In this document: positions 1 to 11,238 of the stretch, piece after piece
Numbering within the stretch: position 1 is the first letter of the stretch
How the letters are laid out: every line of letters starts with the position of its first letter
Origin: Selaginella moellendorffii
Taxonomy: Eukaryota > Plantae > Lycopodiophyta
Assembly: GCF_000143415.4 (NCBI RefSeq)
Contig: NW_003314263.1
Coordinates: 2,072,749-2,136,748 of the forward strand
DNA: 64,000 nucleotides
Reading direction: 5' to 3'
Notes under the pieces: generated by a model
Told to the model about the DNA's origin: nothing
Databases searched by the model: none
Seen by the model: only the letters and a program-made list of their open reading frames with translations
Made by a program: the position numbers and the translations under genes

Positions 1-2615
1 GCCTGGAATCTCCGAGACTTCTCCCGGTACAACGAAGGCTAGGGGCCTTTCTACGGACAAACCAAAAACTTCGAACTCCAAAATGAGGAGGCATTCTCCG
101 GTGAGACATGGAACGGAAACCTCCAGTCTCGTTTCAGAAAGAGGTACGACTGAAAGCCACTCCGGTGAATCTTTAGCGAGTGAAAACGAACACACGTCTG
201 CGAGAACAAGCTCTTTGAGAACGAAGGCCGCAGGACATCAGGATTCATTCAAGCTGAATGATATTTCAGCGTCGAAGCTTCATAGCGACAACAACGTTCG
301 GAAAGCGTAAGTATTTTCTGCTATCTAGTGAACGTTTCTTCTTAAAACTGGTTCACATTTACAGGTATGAAGCTGCCAAGGAGCTGAAGCAGAAGCTGGC
401 GTCAAAAGACGGTGATACATCCACGTCTATGAAGTATATAATGGCAGCAGTTCAGTCCAAAGTACCAGGACCTGTGACTCCGATGGATGTTGGTACCGGA
501 CCTGAAATTGTTATGGAGCAGGCCTCTGGAGCGAGCAAAGATTTACCTTCTCTGCCGACTGCTAATGATGAAGCGGAAACTGCGAGGAATGTCTTTGAGG
601 GGTTACTGGACAATTTGTCTCGCGCCAAAGAGAGCATACATTGTGCGACACGGCAGGCTATAGATTGTGCTAAGCTCAATCTTGCCGACCAGGTTTCTTT
701 CGATCCTTTTGACTTTCATATATATTGTATTGACGTTGCTGTTATCAGGTAATCGATATCATAGCGAAGAGATTGGAAGCGGAACAAAGCTTATCCCGGC
801 GCATCGACTTATTCTTTCTTGTGGATTCCATTACTGTGAGTTCACATAATTTGCGAGGTACAGATGCATGTTTTCCTTTTCGTTTTCCTGGAGTTCTAAC
901 TTTGCGTGCTTTGTTCCAGGTACACCCGCTGGCGTGTACCGACACATTGTACACAATGCCTTACCCCGGTTGTTAAGCTCTGCAGCACCACCGGGGAATT
1001 TTGCTAGGGAAAACCGTCGCCAATGTTTAAAAGTAAGGTTTGTGCATATACCTGCATTCTTCTTGACAGTTAAGCTATGTGGTCTTGCAGGTGTTTAAAC
1101 TCTGGCATGAACGAAATGTATTTCCCCCGACTGTCATACGGCACTTCATGCGCGAGATTGAGCTACACAATTGCGACAGAGTGCTTATGAATATGAGCCG
1201 ACGGCCTGCTAGAAACGAACGCCCCGTCGATGACCCCATACGAGAAATGGAAGGAATGCAAGTCGACGAGTATGGAAGGTAAGTTCTCGTTTTATACATT
1301 CGGAGTTGTCAATTCTCATATCATTTTTTGCAGCAATGCGAGCTTTACGTTACCTGGTGTCAGTATCCCGCGTATGTTTGAAGAAGAAGAAGAAGCCAAC
1401 GCGGGTGGAACGGAAGCAAACGCCGGTGAAGATTACGCAGTTGCGACTGTTACACCTCACGATCCCGTGGAGAGACATCGTCATGTCCTGGAAGACGTGG
1501 ACGGGGAGCTCGAGATGGAGGACGTCTCGCCAGAGACGGATACCTGGCAAAGGCAGTACGTTTCTCCAGCGTCTATTCTTACAGGTCCGCCGCTCCCGAT
1601 CTGTCCCCCTCCCAGTCCGCCTCCGCTACCTTCCTCTCCGCCTCCGAGCACTCCTCCTCCACCGCCACCTTCATCTCCGCCGCCACCACCTCAAGACGTA
1701 GCCGATCCAGGTGCCTATCCAGACAGCTTCTCTCCAGGCTACCACCATGCTCGAAACGCTGTGCAGCAGCCATCCAACGGGCCTGAATCTTACGAGCACT
1801 ACAACCCGGGTGTCTACGGTGACGAAGGCTACGGCATGCCAGTGGATCACGGCTACAATTCTTACGGTGGATTTTCAGACATGCCACCGGGTCCGATATC
1901 TCCTCAGTACGACGGTCACCACGGACATCACTACGGTGGACAGCACTATCCGGCCGATGGTCACTCTTACCAGGGAGATTATCCTTACCAGGCTTATGGT
2001 GAAGCTGGAGGCCACTGGTCCGAGCCGTCTCCCAGGAGCCGATACATGCACAGCGCTCCAGACGACCACTACTATCACTCGCACCACGATAACAGATATG
2101 GGGATCACGGGGCGGACTACTATCACCAGAATGGGCCGCATTATATGCAAAGTCACTACGATGGTAAGCTCTTTTCTTCTTTTGGTTGTGATCTTCGTGA
2201 CTAAGCTCCGCTGAACAGGAGGCTATTCTTCCCACGGGCGTTATTCGTCGGGTTACATGACGCCACCTCCGGATCATCAAATGCATCATGGAAGCAGTGG
2301 AAGATCGTCACGGCGGCACGGGCACTACTCCCACGACGCTGGTGGTGGCTACTCGCATGACTATGGCGGTCACGACGGTGGTGGATACTCGCGGTCTCAC
2401 TCACACTCGCATTCTCACGATGGTGGCGGCGGTGGATACCAGCACTCTCACTCTCATTCTCACGATGGTGGCGGCGGTGGCTACTCCCACTCTCATCCTC
2501 ACCACGATGGCTACTCTCACTATCCAAACTGGTGAGTGCGAGAGACCTCTCTTCCTCTCTGTCTCTCTCTTTTCTGTGTTTACTTTGTCCATAAAATCGC
2601 TGCTCCAGGCGTTGA
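1..2615 (+). CDS. HUA2: HUA2/HULK-like nuclear protein (CID domain, Pro-rich and Tyr/His/Gly-rich C-terminus); 3' part of a multi-exon gene
   Basis: Spliced peptides include FEGLLDNLSRAKESIHCATRQAIDCAK, RRIDLFFLVDSIT, LPRLLSSAAPPGNFARENRRQCLKV, RRPARNERPVDDPIREMEGMQVDEYG/SNASFTLPG and RHVLEDVDGELEMEDVSP, all typical of the HUA2 family. Introns are GT-AG. A probable last intron at 2532-2608 gives ...NWR* at 2615. The 5' end lies outside the window. Confidence 0.85.
2330..2520 (+). repeat. Coding tandem repeat (HDGGGGGYSHSHSHS-like units) in the HUA2-like C-terminus
   Basis: Repeated cacgatggtggcggcggtgg...tactc(t)cactctcat units. Confidence 0.8.
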
Positions 2616-2972
2616 GGTGGTGGTGGTGATCCGATTCGTCCAAGGTTTTGGAGGAAAAGTTTTTGGGGAAAGCCCCGCGTGACCAATCATGTAAATACTA
2701 TCATCACAGTAGCGTGTTAGCCAGTCGAATAGTACGCATTAGCCGTACGGTGTTTAGGCAGCCGAATATTCGTCTTACGAGCAGTGTCGTACAAAAGGCA
2801 TCTTTGACAGAATATACTGTTCGCGGCTATGCCCGCCAATGAAGAAATGCTTGAGAGCTTTGATCCAATAAAGAATGCTTGTTCTGCAGCGAGAGTTTGA
2901 TCACGCAAGCAGCGATGGAAGAAAAGGTAAAGCTTCTCTTTTTTTCTTTGATCGTTTTTTCTTTGACGGCGC

Positions 2973-4498
2973 AATGTGGGAGGTGATCCACGCTATAGAA
3001 TCGATCGGCGCAGCAGCGCGAGCTCGCGACCGAAACTTTTTCTCACGAGGAATGTGCCCCGGTGCTGGAGGAGCTTGCTGATAGCTCCAGAGAATCGCCC
3101 AATCCATCCAAAGCATCCAAAGAAGCTCCGGACATTCAGCGGCGGAGCAAGACGATCCAAGGCAAGCGCGCGGTTATCGCCCAGCAGGATCAAGAGGAAG
3201 AAGACGATCAAGAGGAAGAAGATCAGGAATGGGGCCAAGTTCACCACTGCCACTGGCTTCCTCCTGGGACGTGGATCTTTCCATTCTCGCGGAGCCCAGC
3301 GCACGACAGCTCCAGGAGGCCCTGGGCCTGGACGAGTTCGTGGCGCAGCCCCTCCCGTCCCTCGATCGCTCCCTCTGCGACGAGTTCCTCACAAACTTCG
3401 ATCATCAGAGCTCCAGCGCCATGGTCAGAGGCGAGCGCGTGGTGATCGACTCCACCAGCGTCTCTGCGGCCACCGGGCTCCCGATCGGCGACTTAGAGCA
3501 CGATGGCAGCGAGATTTCCTCCACTGGGCAGAGTGCTGACGAAGGAGGAACGCTCGCACTGGGCACGATCGTGCTCGATCTCAAGGAGCACACCTCTCGC
3601 GGATACTCTGTCCACGACCTTGTTCTTGGCGAAAATGTGGAGGCGTGGAAGGCGATTTGCGAGATGCTTATGGTGAAGCTCGTCGCCTCATTGCATGCCG
3701 GTGGAGATGCTCCTCGCGCTGGATCGATCGTGCAAGCTCGGTATCAAGATGCGGTGGGCGGAGTACCTGGGAAAGATGATCGCCCACGGCGTGAAAACGA
3801 GCTCCAAGAGGAAGAGCACTCACGGCGAGTGGCTCACTGGGATTACCAAGAACAAGCTCGGACAGCAAGATCAAGTTCGCTTGGACGAGGATCACAAGCT
3901 TGGGCAGCAAGATCGCGCGGAGAAGGAGGAGGATCACGCGGGCGTGGGCACGGACAAGATGGTGATCGCCGAGGACGTCCACTCGAGCATCCAGCGCAGG
4001 CAGCAGCTCGATGCCAGCGTTCCAGGAGGGATGGAGGGAGAGATCGGGAGCCCGCCAAGCTGAGAGAAGAGATTCGATTGCTCCGCGGGTACGTCGAGCG
4101 GGGACGAGCGATGGTGGCCTCGCTGAAAGAGCAGAGCAAGCAAGGGGCTATCACTCCACAGCGCAAGAAGATCGATCAGAGGTAACTTGGAGTTTTGCGA
4201 TGTTCTTGCGAGTTCCACGATCTTTGGGAGAACTGATGGGTTTTTTTTTCTTTTTTTTCTTCTTGGGTTTCGTCCTGACAGCATGGATTCGCGTCCAGTG
4301 GCAGCGGCTGGCAAGAAAAGGTAGATTTTGCATCAAAGTTGTGGTTTTTCTTCACTCTTTCTCTTGTGTTCTTCTAGTTTTCGTAAAGAAGGGATTGCCC
4401 CGTTTGATGAGGATGTGGAAATGGAGAATGCGTTTCCTCCTCCGCTACCATCTTCACCGCCGCCGCCTCTCCCATCCTCGCCGCTACCCAATCGCTAA
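2973..4498 (+). pseudogene. Frameshifted paralogue of the unknown gene at 7944-9508
   Basis: Colinear with 7944-9508, including both small 3' exons. The homologous peptide is split over ORFs 2976, 3229, 3695 and back, which means at least 3 frame changes caused by deletions. Confidence 0.85.
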
Positions 4499-6169
4499 AG
4501 TGTGTGTCAACTTAGAGCTTTTTCCTTAAAAAACTTGTAGCTTTTTTTTTTATATGCCGTGGGTTTCAGCAGGTTGTGTTCATCCAGGAAAATCTTACCC
4601 CAACCAAAGTGAAAGAGTGCCCTACTTTGGGTTTGACACTGAAAAACTTGGAAAGTTTGACTCTAGAACTTGTTTATAGAATATCTGATTTGATATTATG
4701 AAGATAATAAATAAGACTTAGGGTTTCCAGAGATAGTAAAATAGCTTTAATGATTACATAATTGCAGCTATAAAAATAAATAAAAATAAAAACTTAAAAG
4801 TAATCATATTAATATAATTAATAATTTAAATAAAAAATATTTAATATTTTTACAATATATATAGATATTTATTTATTTATACTTTTAAAATATCCAAAAT
4901 TGTTATGATGTTAATTTCATTTGTAATCAAATCTATCAGTGAGATGGTAAAACATTATTTTTCAAGAAGAAAATATATCCATAACCTTTCAAAAAATAAA
5001 GTTTACAATAAATAACTTTTATTTATTAATACATACCAAGAATAAGTTTATTTTAGGTCGTAGTTTGCCTTTCTCCCATAAGTGAGTTGCATGAAAACTC
5101 TCGGGATAAATACTCCGTAACTTCCAAAAACTTGGCACTTAAAGGATTCATTGGTAAACGCTTGCAATCCACGATTACTAGTTACCATTTGTGGAGTATG
5201 CATAACCTTGTTCACTTCAAACATTTTTCATTTTAATATTTTTTTTGAAATATTCAAAAAAAATTACCATTCTATGAGAGATAAAACATCTTTTGAAAGG
5301 TATAAAATCAATTAAATTTAAGGTATGGCAAATATATACATATTATATATAAATTCCACAAATAAATTTTATCCAATGCATTTTGGATGCATACTAATAT
5401 CTTTGCAACGTTTATGAATTTTTGATATGTAAGATCTTTTGCAGCTAAACTTTGTAAATAATACAACGTAAGGAACCAGTCAACAATAATTTTTAGCTGC
5501 ATAAATATATATACATTACATCAAATTCCACAAGTGAAATATTTTACCCTAGTAGAAATAATTATGTTTGTTGTACTAACTGTAAAAAACTATTAGTAAA
5601 ACATTAATGAGTTGTTATTTTTTGTAATAGTTTTTGTTTCCCACCAAAGATTAAAAGTGCAAATGCAATTAAAAAAATTAATATTTAAATAATTTTAAAA
5701 TTAATAAATATTTTTTATAAAGTTATGTATCATTTATTTTATCACTTTATTATAAGATATCATGGTTTACTATTCTAAAATTTTGATATTATGCTTGGTT
5801 AGCAAAGAAAGACATTATTTTAGATATGTGCTAATTCAATCTTTTATTTATAAATTTTTGTATAATATGTAATATATAATTTTTTTTCTTTTATTCATTT
5901 ATGATTAATTTATAAAAATAATAATTATTAATTTTTTAAATATATTAAAATAATAAATAAATAAATATTATTTAAATGTAATGGACATAATTTTCTTGTG
6001 TTTTTAACCAAAACTTATAATGAAATTAATCATGACACCTAACACACCCCTTCCTTTGCACATACTTGAGCCATGGCTCTTGAGCACTTGGACAAATGTT
6101 TTGCACTCATGCTGTAGCTTTTCTAACACCTTCTCAAGCAAGTCTTAGCATACTTCTGATTCACCAACG

Positions 6170-6568
6170 TTTTGCATGTTTAACACCACTTTCATGTGCT
6201 CCAACATCCTGATGCTCAACCAGGATGACATTGAAAAGCGCTTCTCCAAGGACTTTCGAGCAGAGGTAAGCAAGCTCAACCAATCATGGCAAAATTGATC
6301 TTTTCTTTCTTAGGTGCTTTTTGGCGAGACTGATGGATTTTCGTCCCCTGTGGCACCTGTGCCGTCGCTGATAGAAGACAATGGTGGCTTGCCAATGGAA
6401 GCTTTTGCCAAAGTCCAGGGGCTCTTCAGTAGCGGGGACTGGCTAGACAGTGGTGGAGACGCGGCATTGAAGTTTCTCCAGCAGCTGACCACGGTTAGCA
6501 ATGATAGGAGGTTGACAATGGATCGAGCAGCACTAACAACGACCTGGCAACAAGTTCTAAGTGAATAA
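6170..6568 (+). pseudogene. Class II formin fragment (end of the PTEN-like C2 domain plus the downstream conserved block)
   Basis: MFNTTFMCSNILMLNQDDIEKRFSKDFRAE|VLFGE..GGLPMEAFAKVQGLFSSGDWLD..DAALKFLQQL matches plant class II formin motifs (SNILML, KDFRAEVLF, LPMEAFAKVQ). There is an intron at ~6266-6313. No FH1/FH2 domain follows, and the frame stops at 6568. Confidence 0.75.
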
Positions 6569-7626
6569 GCGGCACACCCTGTCAGTAGACCAGATCATGT
6601 TGTCCAGCCTCACATCACGCTGAACAAGGCCCAAATTTGTGAAGAGCAGCCAGAGCAAGCTTCGTGCACTCGTCCTCAGATTTAACCTTAAACCGTACCG
6701 GGATTTCCAGTGACCCCCTTTAAGAAAAGAAAGAAAGAAGAAAAGGTCACCATGGTAGCATGGGACTGTGGCTTTGTGAAGTCTTGTGCGCTCACTGATA
6801 TGGGAACGCAGAAGCGTAGTCGGTCCTCAAGGCATTGAAGGAGATACGCTGTGAGTGCTGCATGCACGTTGCAGAGAAATCGGGCCATGGAGAGCGAGCA
6901 GAAACAAGCTGTTGAATACCACCACTGTCGGTGTAATTTAGCAGTTCCATAATTTCTCTTGTAATCCACTCAATTATGGATGCTGTTTACGCATCCCTCA
7001 CCATCACCCTCTGGTGTTTTTTGAAGAGCAACAGATTCTAAGAACAATGATAAAGAAAAGTTGGCATACGAAGAAACAGAAACGACATACCCGCTAGGCA
7101 CCTGGTCCCTGCCTAGATGCTCAAGCACAGGAAGTAGAGCTCAGTTCAATAAGGTTCAAGCTGTACGCAACACAAGTCGGCATACTCGAACGGGAAGCTG
7201 GCAAAGGAGGGGGGCAATTGGTGTGGGTCTCCCTCTTGCCCAAGATTGGCATCTGCGTGGACGAGGAAGAATAACAGGGCGTCTCCACTCTGGGGTCCGA
7301 GAGAACTTGAACTTAAAAAACTCGGGAATGCGACAGACAATCTCTCCCGTGGCCTGGACGTTGGAAGCCCGTTTTTCTATCCGGATAGCACTCTGGGGCT
7401 GGCCGTTGAGAATGCGATCGAGGTTGGCTTGCCACGGGGTAGCTTTGCCTCGCTTTCCACCCAGCGATCGCGAATCCCCACGGATATCAAGCCCATCAAG
7501 CCCAACCAGAAGAAATCTTCCACGTAGGCTGTGAGCTGCTCGGACTCGGTTGGCTCGCCTACTTGGGCCCAGGAGAAGTAAGGAACACCAGAGTGTTGGA
7601 TCATGGCTATAATCCTTACGGTGGAT

Positions 7627-7840
7627 AGACAGGAGGCTATTCCTCTCATGGAAGATCGTCACGGCGGCACGGGCACTGCTCTCACGACGCTAGTCGCACG
7701 ACCATATGGCGGTCACTACGCTCACACTCGGCATTCTCACGATAGACTCTCTCTCTCACTCTCACGATGGCGATGGTGGCAGTGGTGGCTACTCTCACTC
7801 TCATCCTCAATTATCATAGTCGAATATTCGTCTAGCAGTT
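7627..7840 (+). repeat. Degenerate duplicate of the HUA2-like 3' exon and 3' flank
   Basis: caggaggctattc, ggaagatcgtcacggcggcacgggcact and tatggcggtcac match 2216-2500. cgaatattcgtct matches ~2763. Confidence 0.85.
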
Positions 7841-7943
7841 TTTGACGTACGGACGCGTGGTACGGTTAGCGTGAATTAGTTAATTACCTTATCCTTTAGT
7901 ACTACACAAGGACATGCTTAGCTAGTGAACTGCGAGAGAGAAA

Positions 7944-9508
7944 ATGCGATGGCCTGGCAGTGATCCGCGCTTTCGAATCGATCGACGCAGCAGCGCGAGC
8001 TCGAGAGCGAAGCTTTTTCTCGCGAGGAATGTGCCCCGGTGTTGGAGGATCGTAGCTCCAGAGAATCGCCCAATCCATCCACAGAAGCTCCGGACCCTCC
8101 GGACATTCCATCGGCGAGGCAAGGCGATCCGAGGCCAGCGCGCGATGATCGCCCAGCAGCATCAGCAGCAGGGAGAGAAGATGATCAAGAAGAGGAGGAA
8201 GAGGTACGGGGCCAAGTTCGCCATGCCTACTGGCTTCATTTACCGCAAGGTCTGGGACGTGGATCTTGATCCCATCCTCGCGGAGCCCAGCGCGCGACGG
8301 ATCCTGGCCACCCTGGGCCTGGACGAGTTCGCGGCGCAGCCCCTCCCGCCCCTCGATCGCTCCCTCTGCGACGAGTTCCTCAAAAATTTCGATCCTTGGA
8401 ACTCCAGCGCCATGGTCAGAGGTGAGCGCGTGGTGATCGATGCCGCCAGCGTCTCTGCGGCCACCAGGCTCCCGATCGGCGACGATGGCGGCGAGATCTC
8501 GACCTCGGCAGTGCTGACCAAGGAGGAGAGATCGGCCTTGGGCGCGATCGTGCTCGATCTCAAGGAGTACAGCTCTCGCGGCTACTCTGTGGATGCCCTT
8601 GTTCTTGGGGAGAATGTGGAGGCGTGGAAGGCGATTTGCATGATGCTTATGGTGAAGCTCGTCGCCCGCCGCGAGTGCTTCCATTGCGTGCCGGTGGAGG
8701 TCCTCCTCGCGCTGGATCGATCGTACAAGCTCGGTATCAAGATGCGATGGGCGGAGTACCTGGGAAAGATGATCGCCCGTGGCGCAAAGACGAGCTCCAG
8801 GAGGAAGAGCACGTTTGCTCACGGCGAGTGGCTCACTGGGATCATCAAGAACAAGCTCGGGCAGCAAGATCAAGGTCGCGTGGAAGAGAATCACAAGCTT
8901 GGGCAGCAAGATCGCGCGGAGAAGGAGAAGGAGCACGCGGGCGTCCTCACGGACAAGATGGTGATCGCCGAGGACGTCCACTCGAGCATCCAGCGCAAGC
9001 AGCAGTGTGATGCCAGCGTCCAGACGATGATCCAGGAGGAGAGTAGAGATCGTGTGATCATCGCCAGGCAGAGAGAAGACATTCGATTGCTCCGCAGTGA
9101 GGTCGAGAGGGGACGAGCGATGGTGGCGTCGCTGAGAGACAAGTATTTGAAGATCAAGCAGGAGGGTATCACTCCACCGCGCAAGAAGATAGCCGATCAT
9201 GATCAGAGGTAACTTGGAGTTCTTGCGAGGTTCCACGATCTTTGGAAGAACTGATTTTGTTTTCTCTTTTCTTTTGGGGTTTTGTCCTGACAGCATGGAT
9301 TCGGCTCCAGTGGCAGCGGCTGGCAGCAACAGGTAGGAGCAAAGATTTTGGCTCAAGTTCTTTATTCTTTCTCTTGTGTTCTTCTAGTTTTCGTGAAGAA
9401 TTGATTGCCCCGTTTGATGAGGATGTGGAAATGGAGGATGCGTTTCCTCCTCCGCTACCATCTTCGCCGCCGCCTCCTCTTCCATCCTCGCCGCCGCCCG
9501 ATCGCTAA
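7944..9508 (+). CDS. Unknown protein, 3 exons (7944-9208, 9294-9332, 9388-9508); core resembles a plant retrotransposon accessory-ORF domain, followed by a coiled coil and an acidic/Pro-rich tail
   Basis: A 422-aa ORF plus two phase-2 GT-AG introns keeps the frame to ...DEDVEMEDAFPPPLPSSPPPPLPSSPPPDR*. The motif pattern is LCDEFLKNF..AMVRGERVVIDAASVSAATRLP..WAEYLGKMI. The domain assignment is inference. Confidence 0.7.
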
Positions 9509-9599
9509 AGTATGATCAAGAGATTCCCTGCAATGCCCTCTCTGGGCATTTGCTGCTGCGAGGGATGGTGAGTGCGAATGTGGAGAGTTTGTCACCTTT

Positions 9600-9912
9600 T
9601 CGATTTTACCAGCATTTGCTGCCTCTGATGTCTGTGGATAGTTTCTTCCTTCCATTTTTTAGGGCTCTTGAGTATTTGGATATCTTAAAATCCCTCCTCT
9701 TGATCCCCAGCAGCCGCGGGTAATGTTCTCCAAACAGGAATTGGCTCACCGAAATCCGCCTCGTTCCCGTACGCCCCGGATCCATGCGTGACGCTCGATC
9801 CTGGTAGACCCACTGGACTCCATCTCCAGGTACGTTGCGTCTTCGATCGACGAGAGAATCCTCTCGGGAGGGAGGAAGCGGTGGTGGAATCTCACGCTCT
9901 TCATCTGGTGCG
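9600..9912 (-). pseudogene. Heavily deleted remnant of the FAD-oxidase gene and its 3' flank
   Basis: The reverse complement matches 16238-16350 (HQMKSMRFHHRFLPRG..YL..GVQW), 17310-17400 (GSGAYGNEADF..LFGEHY.RLL) and the 3' flank aatactcaagaaccctaaaa at ~17504. Confidence 0.85.
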
Positions 9913-10455
9913 GTTCTACCTATCAGCCTAGTTATAATTGCTTCTGGGCATCCACATGATCAAAATATTTCAGGTTTCACTTTAATAGCAAACAGTGATT
10001 GAGCTTCAGACCTCTGAGAATTCCATCACCCGTGCTAAAACATTTGAGAGGAGTACTTCTTTCAGATTCACTGGTTCTCTATCGTCAGTAAACTCGTGTT
10101 TAATTTTTCTTGTCATATACTTAATAGTAGTTATATACTGTTTCTGTTTAATAAGTTAATAGATATATGTCCACTTTTCAGATTATAAATAAGATTTGGA
10201 AACTCGAATATATTTAGCAACGAAATTTTATATCCAACGCGATAGGCTAAACAAGATGTTTTGCTAAGTTAAGAATCTAGTAAATATGATAAACTATTTT
10301 ATAATTTTAATATACACTATAGTTTAACTTTTATGATAGTTTCTAGAAACAGTTTCAAAATGACAGTGGCATATGTTTAGACAAGTCTGAAGCATAGAGA
10401 AAAAACAGTCTTTTGCATACCAAAGCGCTTAACCTTTTTAGATATAAATCCTCTT

Positions 10456-11238
10456 ATGGTTGTAAGTGCTCTTATAAATTTTATTGGAATTGCACTTCCT
10501 TCAGGACAATATACACCAATAAACTCAACTCTGCCAATGTCTTATTTAATGGGAAATACATTAAGAAGAACAATGGATTTACGGATTTTTATTTTTACAA
10601 CTTTTGTAGACTGTGGTGTTAATTCTCAAGGTAAGGCACTAGTCAAAAATAATCAAGTAGTGAATGTACTTAGAAGAGCTGGTGCAGATATTCTTCCAAT
10701 AATTTTGACAAATAGCCCAGCCCATTTCTTAATGATTGTTTTTGATCCAGAGGTTGGAATATTTGGTTTATTATACAGTGTAAGAGGTTTCTTTCCAAAA
10801 TCTCCATCTAGTACTGCTGAAGTCTTAACAAAAATTCCCTTTTATTGCAACCCACTAAATACAAGGCTTATAAGTGGGTATAAAGATATGCCATTAGCAA
10901 CATTAAAAGTTGGAGAAGAATTAATTGATTATATAAAACGTTTTACAATAATAATGCAATATGATTGTAATATTGTATTTTATATTAGTGTTAATGCTTT
11001 TTGGAGTACAAAAACGTATGGGAAAAGTTTTTATTGTAAATTGAGATTGCAAGAAGATGGTAATCTTGTTTTATATGGTGCTTTTGATATAACTAATTAT
11101 TGGTCAAGTAAAAGTTACTGTAGAAAATATAATTGTGCTGTACTATCAGAATTTCATGTTCAAAAAGATTGTAATTTAGTCATTTATAGATATGGAAAGA
11201 AAAATATACTAACATGGTCAAATGGTAAAGTTTGTTAA
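10456..11238 (+). CDS. Bulb-type (GNA-related) mannose-binding lectin domain protein with an unknown N-terminal region
   Basis: Three intact QxDxNxVxY motifs: QYDCNIVFY, QEDGNLVLY and QKDCNLVIY. The frame is open back to 10381, just after TTTAG, so an upstream exon is possible. The ORF is markedly AT-rich. Confidence 0.75.
   Translation: MVVSALINFIGIALPSGQYTPINSTLPMSYLMGNTLRRTMDLRIFIFTTFVDCGVNSQGKALVKNNQVVNVLRRAGADILPIILTNSPAHFLMIVFDPEVGIFGLLYSVRGFFPKSPSSTAEVLTKIPFYCNPLNTRLISGYKDMPLATLKVGEELIDYIKRFTIIMQYDCNIVFYISVNAFWSTKTYGKSFYCKLRLQEDGNLVLYGAFDITNYWSSKSYCRKYNCAVLSEFHVQKDCNLVIYRYGKKNILTWSNGKVC

Noticed and set aside
4900-5650. Possible AT-rich minus-strand gene or transposase relic
   Set aside because: Short open frames only, with no identifiable motif or terminal repeats.
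6690-7625. Possible gene fragment(s) with coding-like composition
   Set aside because: No recognisable motif in any frame, and the strand cannot be decided.
7846-7882. Helitron 3' hairpin (CGTAC..GTACG)
   Set aside because: The stem is only 5 bp, there is no clean CTRR end, and no matching 5' end was identified.
7902-9356. 484-aa antisense ORF
   Set aside because: It is a shadow of the GC-rich sense ORF. Splice signals and paralogue structure support the + strand.
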